51,546 bases of DNA from Octopus sinensis (Eukaryota), in the NCBI RefSeq assembly GCF_006345805.1, contig NW_021834184.1, positions 1 to 51,546 of the forward strand, written 5' to 3'. Position 1 is the stretch's first letter. Each line of letters starts with the position of its first letter. Positions 1 through 12,200 of the stretch are shown here, in pieces. The position numbers and the translations under genes were made by a program. A model generated the notes under the pieces. It ran no database searches and was not told the DNA's origin. It worked only from the letters and a program-made list of their open reading frames with translations.

Positions 1-274
1 CTTCACCTTCACCAGGGTACATGGAACACCCTGTACTTTCTAATCATTGGTTTCTGCCAACTTCGGGACCTGCTGTTGCTGCACAGTTGTTACTTCAGCT
101 GTTGTTGTTGTTGTTGTTGTTGTCCGCCATTTTCTTTTTAGCTTCTCTGAATGGAAAACCTGGAAATGGTTCTTATTGTTGTGTCGCACCTTGGACAGGT
201 GTCTTCTATTATAGCCTCAGGCCAACCAAAGCCTTGTGAGTGGATTTGGTAGAAGGAAACTGAAAGAAGCCCGT

Positions 275-304
<30 letters not shown>

Positions 305-309
<5 letters not shown>

Positions 310-536
310 CTTTATTGCCCACAAGGGGCTAAACATAGAGAGGACAAACAAGGACAGACAAAGGGATTAAGTCGATTACATCGACCCCAGTGCGAAACTG
401 GTACTTTTATTTATCGACCCTGAAAGGATGAAAGGCAAAGTCGACCTCGGCGGAATTTGAACTCAGAACGTAACAACAGACAAAATACTGCTAAGCATTC
501 CGCCCGGCGCACTAACGTGTCTGCCAGCTCGCCGCC
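305..536 (-). mobile_element. SINE family A (long-tail), inserted in the (TA)n of a family-B SINE
   Basis: Head ggcggcgagctggcag..gttcaaattccgcc; tail ...aaagaaata. Confidence 0.9.
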
Positions 537-1613
537 TTTGTATATATATTGTCCTTACCTTCGAAACATGGAGTAGATGAAAGAGGGACAACTGAAGAAG
601 GGGAATATTCTTTATGTTGTATGTTTTTCTACTCTGTTTTTTTTCATTGTTTGAAAAAAAGTTTGTTTCTATATTTTTGTTTTTATGTTTTCGTTTCTCA
701 TTGTGTTCAACGTTCTTTTTTTTGATGTCCTGTACCCATATATGCATGTATATATACATATATATGTAGGTATGTACATATATGTATGTATATATGCATA
801 TATCTATATATTATTTATATTATTATATGATCGAATGCCACGCATCCTTTTCCAAGTACGTTTTATCTATATATATATGTATATATTTATTATATTTATG
901 TGTGTGTGTCTGTGTTTGTCCCTCCACTACAACTGATGGTGGTGTGATTATGTTTCTGTAACTTAGCGGTTCAGCAAAGGAGAACAATAGAATAAGTGCT
1001 AGTCTTACAAAAATAAATCCAGAGGCAGATTTCTTTGATTAAAACCCTGTAAGGTGGTGCTCCAGCATGGCCGCAGTCGAATGACTGAAACAACTAAAAA
1101 AAATGAAAGAAGAGAACCAATAGGCTTTCTACACTAAAGCACAATTATAAATACTTGTGGGTCACAGCTCTCAGATTCCCAGGACTTGTATGTCCATAAA
1201 GGCCAAACTTGACCTTGTCATGGCATTACACAGTTGTATGCCCTACCCAGGGTGAAAGAAACCACACCCTTCCACTCGCTGATAAAGAATCCTTCCAGCT
1301 CTTCTATAAGAATACAAAAGCACTTTCATTTTTTGAAGGGCAGAAGTATGTCATGTCACCTTTTTTTATGATTTTGTCTCATGAGTTGCTCAGGCAGGGA
1401 GGTACTATCTTTTGTAACAAACCACTCCCATGTCTTATAATTTCTCTGAACCCATGACTAGCCATTCATTTTGGCTGGCTACACTCCCAGGTGTCAAATT
1501 TTAAATTTATAAATTACAAATGTGGATATTTTCTTTCACTATTTCTCTTTTTCTTTTTTTTCTATTTTCAGAAAATTTACTGCCCATAAAAGACACATCT
1601 GTTGCAAGCAACT

Positions 1614-1667
<54 letters not shown>

Positions 1668-1814
1668 ATAATAATAATGATAATAATAATAATAATAATT
1701 ATAATAATACTAATACTGCTACTGCTACTGCCACTACTGCTGCTACTACTACAACTACCACTGATGCTGCTGCTACTACTACTACTGCACCTACTACTGC
1801 TACTGCTGCTGCTG

Positions 1815-1852
<38 letters not shown>

Positions 1853-2045
1853 GGTTTCAAATTTAAGTGCAAGGCCAGTGGTAAGTTGACTGCATCAACA
1901 CCAGTGCACAACTGGTACTTATTTTGTTGACCCTGAAAAGACAAAAGACAAAGTCGACCTTGGTGGAATTTGAACTCAGAACGTAAAGAGAGACAAAATA
2001 CTGCTAAGCATTTCACCTGGTGTGCTAACCACCTTGCCATTAATG

Positions 2046-2093
<48 letters not shown>

Positions 2094-2360
2094 GTATATG
2101 GATATAAAAACACATTTTTCCAGTTGTTGACAGATTAGAGAGTTGAGTTGACATATTGATAGGGACTAATCCCTATGAAAGGGATTAGAGATTAAAATTA
2201 ATAGATTATTTTAGGGCCTTTAACTTGTCCTCACTTCCTTGTTTTGTTTTTTATGCCCTGATCCCTCCTGTATGAGAGTTTTTTGCGGATTAGAAATTCC
2301 TCAAGAGAGGGCAGAGGATTAAAACATCAAATTTAGTTAAATAATATACATGTAGGTATA

Positions 2361-2776
2361 GGTGCAGGAGTGGCTGTGTGGTAAGTAGCTTGCTAACTAA
2401 CCACATGGTTCCGGGTTCAGTCCCACTGCGTGGCACCTTGGGCAAGTGTCTTCTGCTATAGCCTCGGGTCGACCAATTCCTTGTGAGTGGATTTGGTAGA
2501 CGGAAACTGAAAGAAGCCTGTCATATATATATATATATATATATGTATGCGTGTGTGTGTTTGTGTGTCTGTGTTTGTCCCCCTAGCATTGCTTGACAAC
2601 CGATGCTGGTGTGTTTACGTCCCCGTCACTTAGCGGTTCGGCAAAAGTGACCGATAGAATGAGTACTGGGCTTACAAAGAATAAGTCCCGGGGTCGATTT
2701 GCTCGACTAATAGGCGGTGCTCCAGCATGGCTGCAGTCAAATGACTGAAACAAGTAAAAGAGTAAAAGAGTAAAGA
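2361..2776 (+). mobile_element. tRNA-derived SINE family B (~410 bp, internal (TA)n(TG)n, tail (AAAAGAGT)n)
   Basis: A box TGGCTGTGTGG, B box GGTTCAGTCCC; near-identical copies across the window. Confidence 0.9.
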
Positions 2777-3013
2777 GAGTACAGATTTACAGATGTTCAC
2801 CCACAGATACACAAATTCTTACACAAATCCTGCACATGTGCACACACAGATATACTGACATTCTTATGTGATTAAGAAGTTCGCTTTGGAATCACATGTA
2901 TAGGGTTTCAATCCCAGTGCGAGAAAACTGTCGGCAAGCATTCTGTGTTAAAGCTTCAGGTCATTAACCTTGTGAGTAAAATTGGTTTAATGGGAACTCA
3001 AGAAGTCTGTTGC

Positions 3014-3051
<38 letters not shown>

Positions 3052-3744
3052 GATAAAACATATATATATTTGTGTATCTTTTATGTTTTATTTGTTCCAG
3101 TTAATAGACTGCGACCATGCTGGGGCACCACCTTGAAGAATTTTAGTTGAATGAATCGACCCCAGAACTTTTTAAGCCTGGTACTTATTCTATCGATCTC
3201 TTTTACTAAACTGCTAAGTTATGGGGACATAAACGCACCAACACTAGTCGTCAAATGGTGGTGGTGGGAGGGGACAAACACAGACACCAAAATACACACA
3301 CACACCACACACACACACACACACATATGACAGACTTCCTTTAGTTTCTGCCTACCAAATCCACTTACAAGGCTTTGGTCTGCCTGAGGCTATAGTACAA
3401 GACACTTGCTCAAGGACTGAACCCTGAACCATGTAGATGGAAAGCAAGCTTCTTACCACACAACCATGCCTACACTGATATACATACATACAATACATAT
3501 ATATATGTATATATATAAATATATATGTATATATATATGTATATATATATATATTTATTGGCTAAACTGGCAATATGACCATTCCGAAATATAACAATAT
3601 ATATTTATATATGTACATATATGTATACACACACACACGTGCACACACACACACACACACACATATATACATGTATATAATTGTTAGTCACAGAATCAGT
3701 TTTGTTGCCAAAAGGCAAACTTTATACCCAACCTAACATACATG

Positions 3745-4065
3745 TTTTGTTAGAACACCAAATGCTGCATTATTTGCCTTGAGAAGACCTCCTACATGAG
3801 GTTCAGCTGGTACCAGATGGCTACCGGACGTCTATCACTGAAGAGAACGAGTATATGAAAATCATGGGATCTGTCAGATCCTGCACCCATAGCAGATGAG
3901 AACCATCTGCTATGAGAGCCAGAATTGCCAGATTACACGATTTATATCATCAGCAGACAAGAATTGTCTCTCCGATGATATAAATATGTGTGATTTTATG
4001 CACCGTGCTTTCATATGAGAGGTTCTCTTAAGGCAAACAATGCTGCAGTCTATGTTCTAACGAAA
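3745..4065. mobile_element. Foldback MITE-like element with ~55-bp imperfect TIRs and internal hairpins
   Basis: TTTTGTTAGAACAC..TTTGCCTTGAGAAGACC versus its inverted counterpart at 4011-4065; perfect 11-bp stem CATAGCAGATG/CATCTGCTATG at 3888-3914. Confidence 0.65.
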
Positions 4066-4233
4066 AAAAACACATTAACCTGGAGATTGGGATTGCCTTT
4101 CTTTATTAATATTACTTCCGTTGCAATTAATCATTTTTTTTTATAGCTTAATGGCTATTTGGGACACCAATGCCTGAAAAGACACTGAAATCCTATTTAT
4201 TGCTGACTGAGATTTGGCTTTTAAGTTTCTATT

Positions 4234-4650
4234 GAGCGCAGGAGTGGCTGTTTGGTAAGTAGCTTGTTTACCAACAACATGGTTCCGGGTTCAGTCCCAC
4301 TGCGTGGCATCTTGGGCAAGTGTCTTCTACTATAGCCCTGGGCCGACCAATGCCTTGTGAGTGGATTTGGTAGACGGAAACTGAAAGAAGCCTGTCGTAT
4401 ATATGTATATATATATGTATGTATGTGTGTGCATATGTTTGTGTGTCTGTGTTTGTCCCCCTAGCATTGCTTGACAACCGATGCTGGTATGTTTATGTCC
4501 CCATCACTTAGTGGTTCAGCAATAGAGACTGATAGAATAAGTACTGGTCTTACAAAGAATAAGTCCTGGGGTCGAGTTGCTCGACTAAAGGCGGTGCTCC
4601 AGCATGGCCGCAGTCAAATGACTGAAACAAGTAAAAGAGTAAAAGAGAGT
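4234..4650 (+). mobile_element. SINE family B
   Basis: Full-length match to 2361-2776. Confidence 0.9.
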
Positions 4651-4789
4651 AGTTCACTGCATGGTTACTCATTTTTGCCAGCTAAGTGGGTGGTATCACA
4701 GGTCCAATATCCTGACTACTAAACCACGTGTTTCTACATATTCACACATATACAGTGTGTCCCCAAATGTACACACACTTTAGCAGCTC

Positions 4790-5700
4790 GTAACTCCACT
4801 GATGTTTTTTCTTTCCAGATGAAAACCAGTGGAATTAATGTCAAAGCAATCAGAGCCAAGAGATGCCCAAAGCTTCTGTCATTCATCAAGCATCGAAGTG
4901 CAGGAAAGCCTCTCATGTTTGTGGACAAGAAGTTCATTGTGGACACTGAGGTGAATTACAGAAACTCTCAAGTGATTGCATACAACCCTTCGGATGTACC
5001 CTCTGTGTTTGAGACTAAGAATCCTGCCGCTGTGATGGTATTTGGAGCCATAAGGTTGACTTAGCCTTTCATCCTTTCAGGGTCGATAAATTAAGTACCA
5101 GTTACACACTGGGGTCGATGTAATCGACTTAATCCTTTTGTCTGTCCTTGTTTGTCCCCTCTGTGTTTAGCCCCTTGTGGGTAGTATAGAAATAGGTATT
5201 TGGAGCCATAGCAAGTGATGAAATTGTCATGGATCCACACTTCATAGAGTCTGGCTTGAAGATAGGCACAACGGAGTATCTGGACATCCTTAAGAACTCT
5301 CTGTTACTTTGGATGGAACAGAAATTTGGGCCTGATAAAGTGGTTCTTATCCGGGATTCTGCACTACACTATTTGTCAAAAACATGGGTCAAAAGCAACA
5401 CAGGCCTTCTTTAGTGAGAAGGTGCCATTTTTTGTGAGGGCCAACATTTGGCCCAGTAACAGCCCAGATCTCAACCTTGATTACTTTTTATGGAGCATAC
5501 TTCCAGTAAGGGCCAATGCTTTACCATACTCAAATGTCAGCAGTTTGAAGACTTGCATCTTGCGTGCAACATGCAAAACCAAAAAGACGGAGGTTGCAGA
5601 TGCTGCAAAATAATTTCTTTCTCATGTGGAGGCAGTAATTGCCCGTAAAGGTGGCCATATTGAGGGATAAATGTTTGTTGTAATAAATGTTACATTAAAA
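4790..5700 (+). mobile_element. Tc1/mariner DD37D (maT-type) transposase pseudogene, split by a SINE
   Basis: FVDKKFIVD...AVMVFGAI / ASDEIVMDPHFIE...IRDSA..HGSKATQ...WPSNSPDLN-LDY...EAVIARKGGHIE. The D-D spacing is 37 after removing a 13-bp duplication and restoring the missing Pro. Confidence 0.85.
5053..5194 (+). mobile_element. 5'-truncated SINE A in the transposase, with 16-bp TSD GGTATTTGGAGCCATA (5037-5052 / 5195-5210)
   Basis: Exact TSD; the transposase frame resumes after it. Confidence 0.92.
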
Positions 5701-5712
5701 TTATATGCTTTC

Positions 5713-6400
5713 TACCATTAAACAATTGCAACGTGGAAGGTGTTTATAAGCCATTTAAGAAACACACAAAAACCGTTAGAGATGTAGCATGAAGTTTTGT
5801 CAGTGAACAGATCATGGTCCCAAAGCGACGAAAATATTTTGACAAATTAAATTTAAATGGCACCTTCTCACTAAAGAAGGCCTGTGTTGCTTTTGACCCA
5901 TGTTTTTGACAAATGGTATGGTGCAGAATCCCGGATAAGAACCACTTTGTCAGGCCCAAACGTCTGCTCCATCCAAAGTAACGGTTTTTGTGTGTTTCTT
6001 AAATGGTTTATAAACACCTTCCACACTGCAAATATTTTCGTTCCGGCACACGATCTCAGATCAAGTCACTTGCTATGCAAGTACATCTCCTTCTATCATT
6101 ATTTTAGTATCCAAAGCGACGAAAATATTTTGACAAATTAAATTTAAATGGCACCTTCTCACTAAAGAAGGCCGTGTTGCTTTTGACCCATGTTTTTGAC
6201 AAATGGTATGGTGCAGAATCCCGGATAGAACCCACTTTGTCAGGCCCAAACGTCTGCTCCATCCAAAGTAACGGTTTTTGTGTGTTTCTTAAATGGTTTA
6301 TAAACACCTTCCACACTGCAAATATTTTCGTTCCGGCACACGATCTCAGATCAAGTCACTTGCTATGCAAGTACATCTCCTTCTATCATTATTTTAGTAT
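5713..6400. repeat. Rearranged transposon end: inverted copies of transposase and terminal segments, plus a ~292-bp tandem duplication (5819-6110 / 6111-6400)
   Basis: 5866-5985 is the reverse complement of 5300-5422; the duplicated block is near-identical. Confidence 0.85.
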
Positions 6401-6479
6401 TTATAACCAGTTTTATGCATCATAAAAACTGTCACAATTTATCTGCTACACCCTGCTCACCGAACCAGTGGAATGGCAT

Positions 6480-6966
6480 CATTGGAAGGCTACAATAAAT
6501 TTTATTTGTCCCATATAAACATGGAAATAAAGGTGTTCAAACAGTGAAGATCAGGGTGATATGTGGGTGTGGAAGGACTTCTTTGACATTATCAAAGAAG
6601 CTTGAGAGGCGGTTGGATGGAACCTACACTCGCCTCCTTATGAGAGCTCAAAATCTCTCGTGGAAGCACCATCCAACCAAAGTGCAAATATATGGGAAAC
6701 TACTACCTATGTCATCTCTTGTGAAAGGTAGGAGAGTCCAGTTTGCTGGACATTGTTGTAGAGCTGAAAACGAGGCAATTTCTACTATTCTCCTCTGGAA
6801 GCCATCTACTCGCAATACCAGAGGGCGCACACTCTCCTACCTTGATGTAATCTCCAGGGATACAGGCATCCAGCAACAGGACCTCCGTAATGCTATGATG
6901 GACCGTGAAGCTTGTGGTGGCATGGTAAATTCCATTGTCTCCACCACGGTCAAACAATGATGATGT
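6480..6966 (+). mobile_element. RTE/RTEX-like LINE 3' fragment
   Basis: RLDGTYTRLLMRAQNLSWK...RRVQFAGHC...LLWKP...DLRNAMMDRE; ends in a (TGA)n tail. Confidence 0.8.
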
Positions 6967-7099
6967 GGAAGGGCATACTGAATGATGTAGTGACCAAGTG
7001 ATACATGGAGGCAGGATAGTCATGGTCGGAAGATCTTTCAGTGTGGATCTGATTGATGAGGGACGACTCAGGGCTAAATAACAACTGCATCACTGCAAC

Positions 7100-7270
7100 C
7101 ATCACCACCACCACCACCAAAACCAAAACCACCACCACCACCACCACCACCACCACCACAACCACCACCACCAAACCACCACCACCACCACCACCACCAC
7201 CCACCACCACCACCACCACCACCACCCCACCACGACACCACCACCACGACCACCACCACCGCACAACAGC
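7100..7270. repeat. (ACC)n tract, followed by a homopyrimidine tract at ~7420-7710; a similar (GGT)n tract lies at 14709-14875
   Basis: Direct reading. Confidence 0.9.
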
Positions 7271-8217
7271 TTGACCTCTAAGCTATGGTTGTGGTGACAA
7301 GCTTTAATCCCACCCTTTTGCATACCCCCACCCACACCCATCTACACCCACCTACACCCACCCACACCCGAACCCACAACTTCAATTCTTAATCCCTTGA
7401 TTTCTTCCTAACTTTAAAACCTCCTCCTCCCCCTCCCCCCTCCTCTCTTCCCCCACTCATTTTCTTCCTCTCTTCCTCCCCTCATCTTCCTCCTCTTCCC
7501 TTCTTCCTCTCCTCCGTGTCTTCTTCCTCCACCTCACTCCACCTCACTCCTTCTACCTCCTCCTCCTCCTCTCCTCCTCCATCTTCCTCCTTGTCCCTCT
7601 CTTCCATCCCCACCTCCCTCCTATTCCTCTTCTCTCTCCCTTCCTTCCTCTCCTTCCTCTCCTGCCTTCCTCCTGCCTTCCCCCCTCTTCCATCTCCTCT
7701 CCCGCCTCCCTCCCTGCAGCACCAACCTGTTCAATAAATGCTTTCCCCTAGCATCCCATCCACAGGTTCAACCCTGACAGGCAGAAAGACACACAGACAG
7801 ACACAGACACACGCATCCAGTCCAGAGTCTGTGATGTGGTGACACTCTTCATCTTGCTGTCAACCGTGATGAACTGCAGTTCATCACACACCTATAGAAA
7901 GGGAGTGTAACTGCACTTGGGGCAAAACAAATACCACAAAGGACCTCGTTTGTAAAACATTTGTTTGATCTTTGCTTCTGCCAAAATTGATGTCTTTTCC
8001 TGATACATATTGGCAAAAAATATGCAGATATACACACATGCTTATATACACATAGATATATAGACATACATGCACACACATGAAAACATACTTATAGATA
8101 GCCATATCTACATCCATACTCATGCATAAATACATACAGATAGATATACATACATAGATATATACAAACATACACACACACATAAAACTATCTATCTATC
8201 TATTTTTCTATCTATCG

Positions 8218-8257
<40 letters not shown>

Positions 8258-8274
8258 GTCTGTCTGTCTATTTT

Positions 8275-8305
<31 letters not shown>

Positions 8306-8306
8306 G

Positions 8307-8373
<67 letters not shown>

Positions 8374-8408
8374 GTCTGTCTTTGGGACTAGTATCTACAC
8401 AGTTACCT

Positions 8409-8638
8409 ATTTCTTTACTACCCACAAGGGGCTAAACACAGAAGGGACAAACAAGGACAGACATACGGATTAAGTCGATTATATCGACCCCAGTGCGTAA
8501 CTGGTACTTAATTTATCGACCCCGAAAAGATGAACGGCAAAGTCGACCTCGGCGGAATTTGAACTCAGAACGTAACGGCAGACGAAATACGGCTACGCAT
8601 TTCGCCCAGCGTGCTAACGTTTCTGCCAGCTTGCTGCC
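8409..8638 (-). mobile_element. SINE family A
   Basis: Full-length match to other copies in the window. Confidence 0.9.
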
Positions 8639-9399
8639 AACTTTAATTCACATAACCAGAGTTATGGTAAAAGATATTTGTCCAAGGTGCCATAAAGTGG
8701 AACCATGGGATTGCAAAGAGAATAACTTTGACTCCGTAACAAGCATCTCTAGAAGGTGAAGGCATCATGGATTCTTTACATTCCAGTCCGGTTCTGTGAA
8801 TTTCTTCAAACTCAGGTAAAGTTCCAGAAATTTCATCTCTCTTGTATTTTGAATTTGCTTCACCCAATGAAGAATATGGTAGAATTGATTGACCTAATTA
8901 TGGATATATAACTAATTAGGAATATATCGCTAATTATGGATGCATTGCTAATGAGGAATAAATATCCAATTATGGAGATATTGGTAAAGTTATACTCATA
9001 GAATTAAAGTCTGAGCAGATTTTATTCTTCTTTGACTTGTTTTAATCATTGGACTGTGGCCATGCTGGGGCACCTCAGAAAAAATTTACTGTTATACTAT
9101 TCTTTTTAGAGTTTGGTATTTATTCTATTGGTTGTCTTTTGTTGGACTGCTAAGTTATGAGTACATAAACAAACCAACACCAGTTAGCAGTGGGGAAAAA
9201 TGCAAAGACATATACACATATACAGGTGCACATGCACACACACACCTACACACACACACACACTTTTTCCTTGGTCGTTTCTCCTCATTACTGCTCTATA
9301 CTCATTGAGCACTTTACTCATTGAGCACATACGCATATTGAGTCCTACACCAGGTTATTAGCATCACTGGGCCTAAGCGAACGAATATATTCTTTCATT

Positions 9400-9596
9400 C
9401 TTTTATTCTTTTACTTGTTTCAGTCATTTTACTGCAGCCATGCTGGAGCACCGCTTTTAGTCAAACAAATCAACCCCAGGACTTATTCTTTGTAAGCCTA
9501 GTACTGATTCTATCGGTCTCTTTTTGCCAAACTGCTAAGTGGGTGGACAAACTCAGATACAAATAACAAATATGTACATACATACAAACATATATA

Positions 9597-9642
<46 letters not shown>

Positions 9643-9644
9643 TG

Positions 9645-9678
<34 letters not shown>

Positions 9679-9853
9679 TGTATGTATATACAATGGGCTT
9701 CTTTCAGTTTCTATCTACCAAATCCACTCACAAGGTTTTGGCCGGTCCGAGGGTATAGTAGAAGACACTTGCCCAAGGTGCCACACAGTGGGACTGAACC
9801 TGGAACCATGTGGTTGGGAAGCAAACTTCTTACAAACACAGCCACTCCTGCAC
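9400..9853 (-). mobile_element. SINE family B
   Basis: Reverse-complement match with an expanded internal microsatellite. Confidence 0.88.
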
Positions 9854-10193
9854 CAATGCACACACACACACACACACACATACACACACACACATGCATA
9901 TACAAATACCTATACAGACATCATATTCTCTGTATACGCATTATATACACCCATGTCTATATATATAGTATGTAAGCATTCCGTTTACCCATATATCCTC
10001 TCCATTAAAAAAAAAAAGCAACAGACCTTTTAATTTAAAGGAAAGGCAGACTGACATAATTAACACCATTAACGAATATATCTTACGTCATTTTGTTGTT
10101 GTTTAAATATAGACTTGTCAGATCGTTACAGGAAATTAGCCATACACTCTCCTCTCATCCATTTTTTAACCTTGCTCCCATATTGCGTATATG

Positions 10194-10221
<28 letters not shown>

Positions 10222-10224
<3 letters not shown>

Positions 10225-10473
10225 CCGGAGTAAACACATAAATGTGAAACAAGGTGGAAAAAAGAGTACTCAAATACCAGTGGTAGAGTAATATGCTTTA
10301 TTTAAAGCAGCAGAAAATTCAACAAAACCTGTTACTCTGAGTTTCATGTTCCCATTCGTCGGACAGTTTTTGCTAGAATAAACTACTGTCCGACTAGCAA
10401 AAACTGATCGACGAACGGGAACGTGAAACTCAGTAACAGGTTTTGTTGAATTTTCTGCTGCTTTAAATAAAGT
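10222..10473. mobile_element. Penelope-like terminal-repeat remnant in inverted arrangement (arms ~10296-10376 and 10394-10473)
   Basis: Long imperfect palindrome; each arm carries a hammerhead-like motif. Confidence 0.65.
10323..10372 (-). ncRNA. Minimal type-I hammerhead ribozyme fold
   Basis: Minus strand reads CAAAAACTGT-CCGACGA-ATG GGAA CAT-GAAA-CTC A GAG-TA-ACAGGTTTTG. All three stems pair; GUA cleavage triplet; core has U4C. Confidence 0.65.
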
Positions 10474-10485
10474 ATATATATATAT

Positions 10486-10997
10486 ATTTATATATATAAA
10501 ACTGTAGTTGTGTGAGTGTCTGTCTCCTACGATTTAGATTCCTAACTACTCCCACATTTTGCGGTGCAGTTTAACCAAATTCGGGTATCTTATAGTCGTA
10601 ATTCATATCGAGCCCGTCTGAGTATTAGCGCGCGTCAACGATGAGTCTACGATTTAAAAAAAATTTAACATCATTTTTTATTCCATTTTAATGCATAAAA
10701 TGCATCGTGTGTCGATGGCGGCGGAGTTGGCGTCCACGCTCACACCTGCACCTGTTTGCTTCTCCCCCTTCCCTCCCTCGTGAAGCTGTGGGGAAGGGAG
10801 TGTAAGGAAATCAACGTCGTAATGCGTTGTCAAGGAGACCAGCGTTCTTTTAGAACAACGACTTCATGGCTTGAAGACACCAAAACAGAAATGGCTAAGA
10901 AAGCCCGAATTGGCATCTATAAGGGAAGTAACTCTCTAAAAATGCATATATAGTTATTTCCCTTACAAACCCGAGCAACGCCGGGCGATACTGCTAA
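10486..10997 (+). mobile_element. Non-autonomous Helitron, same family as 28982-29379, with extra internal segment
   Basis: Shared gtctgtctcctacgatttagattcctaactactcccac start; hairpin CCCGAGCAACGCCGGG; end CTGCTAA|T. Confidence 0.8.
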
Positions 10998-11560
10998 TAT
11001 ATATATAAATAATGAGGGAGATAAATTAATATTAATTTTAATATCAATTTAAAACCAGTAGTCTAGCATACAAAAAATCTGAGAAATCAGAGAAAATTCT
11101 AATATATGTGTATATTGGCAGGGCAAGACTGCTAGGTAGTCGGCCGTATGCTAGAAATAGATCATCAACGATCAAACTACAAAGGAAATTCTCTAGAGGA
11201 AAAATTCAGCGAACACCAGAACCAAATTTGGCGGGCAGGACAGATGAAAATTTATATAAAAAACAGAATTAATTGCATACCTCGGTTTCAGCCTTTATAT
11301 ATATATATATATATATTGGAATTATCCAGTAATTTTTTACTAGCTTTATTTTGTCTTTTTGTCTTCTCTCCTGGTGCTGTATGAACATTTAATGTGGTTT
11401 TAGAGTCAGATCCTGACTGCTATTTTCAGCATGGCGGTATCTCATAGATACCCTAAATTGTAATTTTAATAATAATTATTACCTTTGAAGGTTTTTATTT
11501 CCATGCTGGCCACTTGATAAGATTGTCATTTAATTTGAATTAACGATCTTATCCTTATTT

Positions 11561-11791
11561 GGCGGTGAGCTGGCAGACATGTTAGCATGCCGGGCGAAAT
11601 GCTTAGTGGTATTTCGTCTGTCGTTACGTTCTGAGTTCAAATTCCGCTGAGGTCAACTTTGCCTTTCATCCTTTCGGGGTCGATAAATAAAGTACCAGTT
11701 TCACACTGGGGTCGATATAATTGACTCAATCCCTTCGTCTGTCCTTGTTTGTCCCTTCTATGTTTAGCCCCTTCTGGGCAGTAAAGAAATA
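11561..11791 (+). mobile_element. SINE family A
   Basis: Full-length match; directly followed by a family-B SINE. Confidence 0.9.
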
Positions 11792-11807
11792 TATATATTT
11801 GTGTGTA

Positions 11808-12200
11808 TACAGAAGTGGCTGTGTGGTAAGTAGCTTGCTAACCAACCACATGGTTCCGGGTTCAGTCCCACTGCGTGGCATCTTCGGCAAGTGTCTTCTG
11901 CTATAGCCCCGGGCCGACCAATGCCTTGTGAGTGGATTTGGTAGATGGAAACTGAAAGAAGCCCGTCGTATATATGTATGTGTGTGTGTTTGTGTGTCTG
12001 TGTTTGTTCCCCTAGCATTGCTAGACAACCGATGCTGGTGTGTTTACGTCCCCGTTACTTAGCGGTTCGGCAAAAAGAGACCGATAGAATAAGTACTGGG
12101 CTTACAAAAGAATAAGTCCCTGTGTCGATTTGCTCGACTAAAGGCGGTGCTCCAGCATGGCCGCAGTCAAATGACTGAAACAAGTAAAAGAATAAAAAGA
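11808..12200 (+). mobile_element. SINE family B (another degenerate copy at ~12580-12985)
   Basis: Full-length match. Confidence 0.88.

Noticed and set aside
95-146. Minus-strand AAAATGGCGG start or terminal exon (EAKKKMADNNNNNNNS*)
   Set aside because: It stops after 11 codons from the ATG and no partner exon was found; it may only be a YY1-like motif.
549-615. GAAAC...CTGAAGA motif resembling a permuted hammerhead
   Set aside because: Stem I cannot be formed in the required register; at most a decayed Penelope-like fragment.
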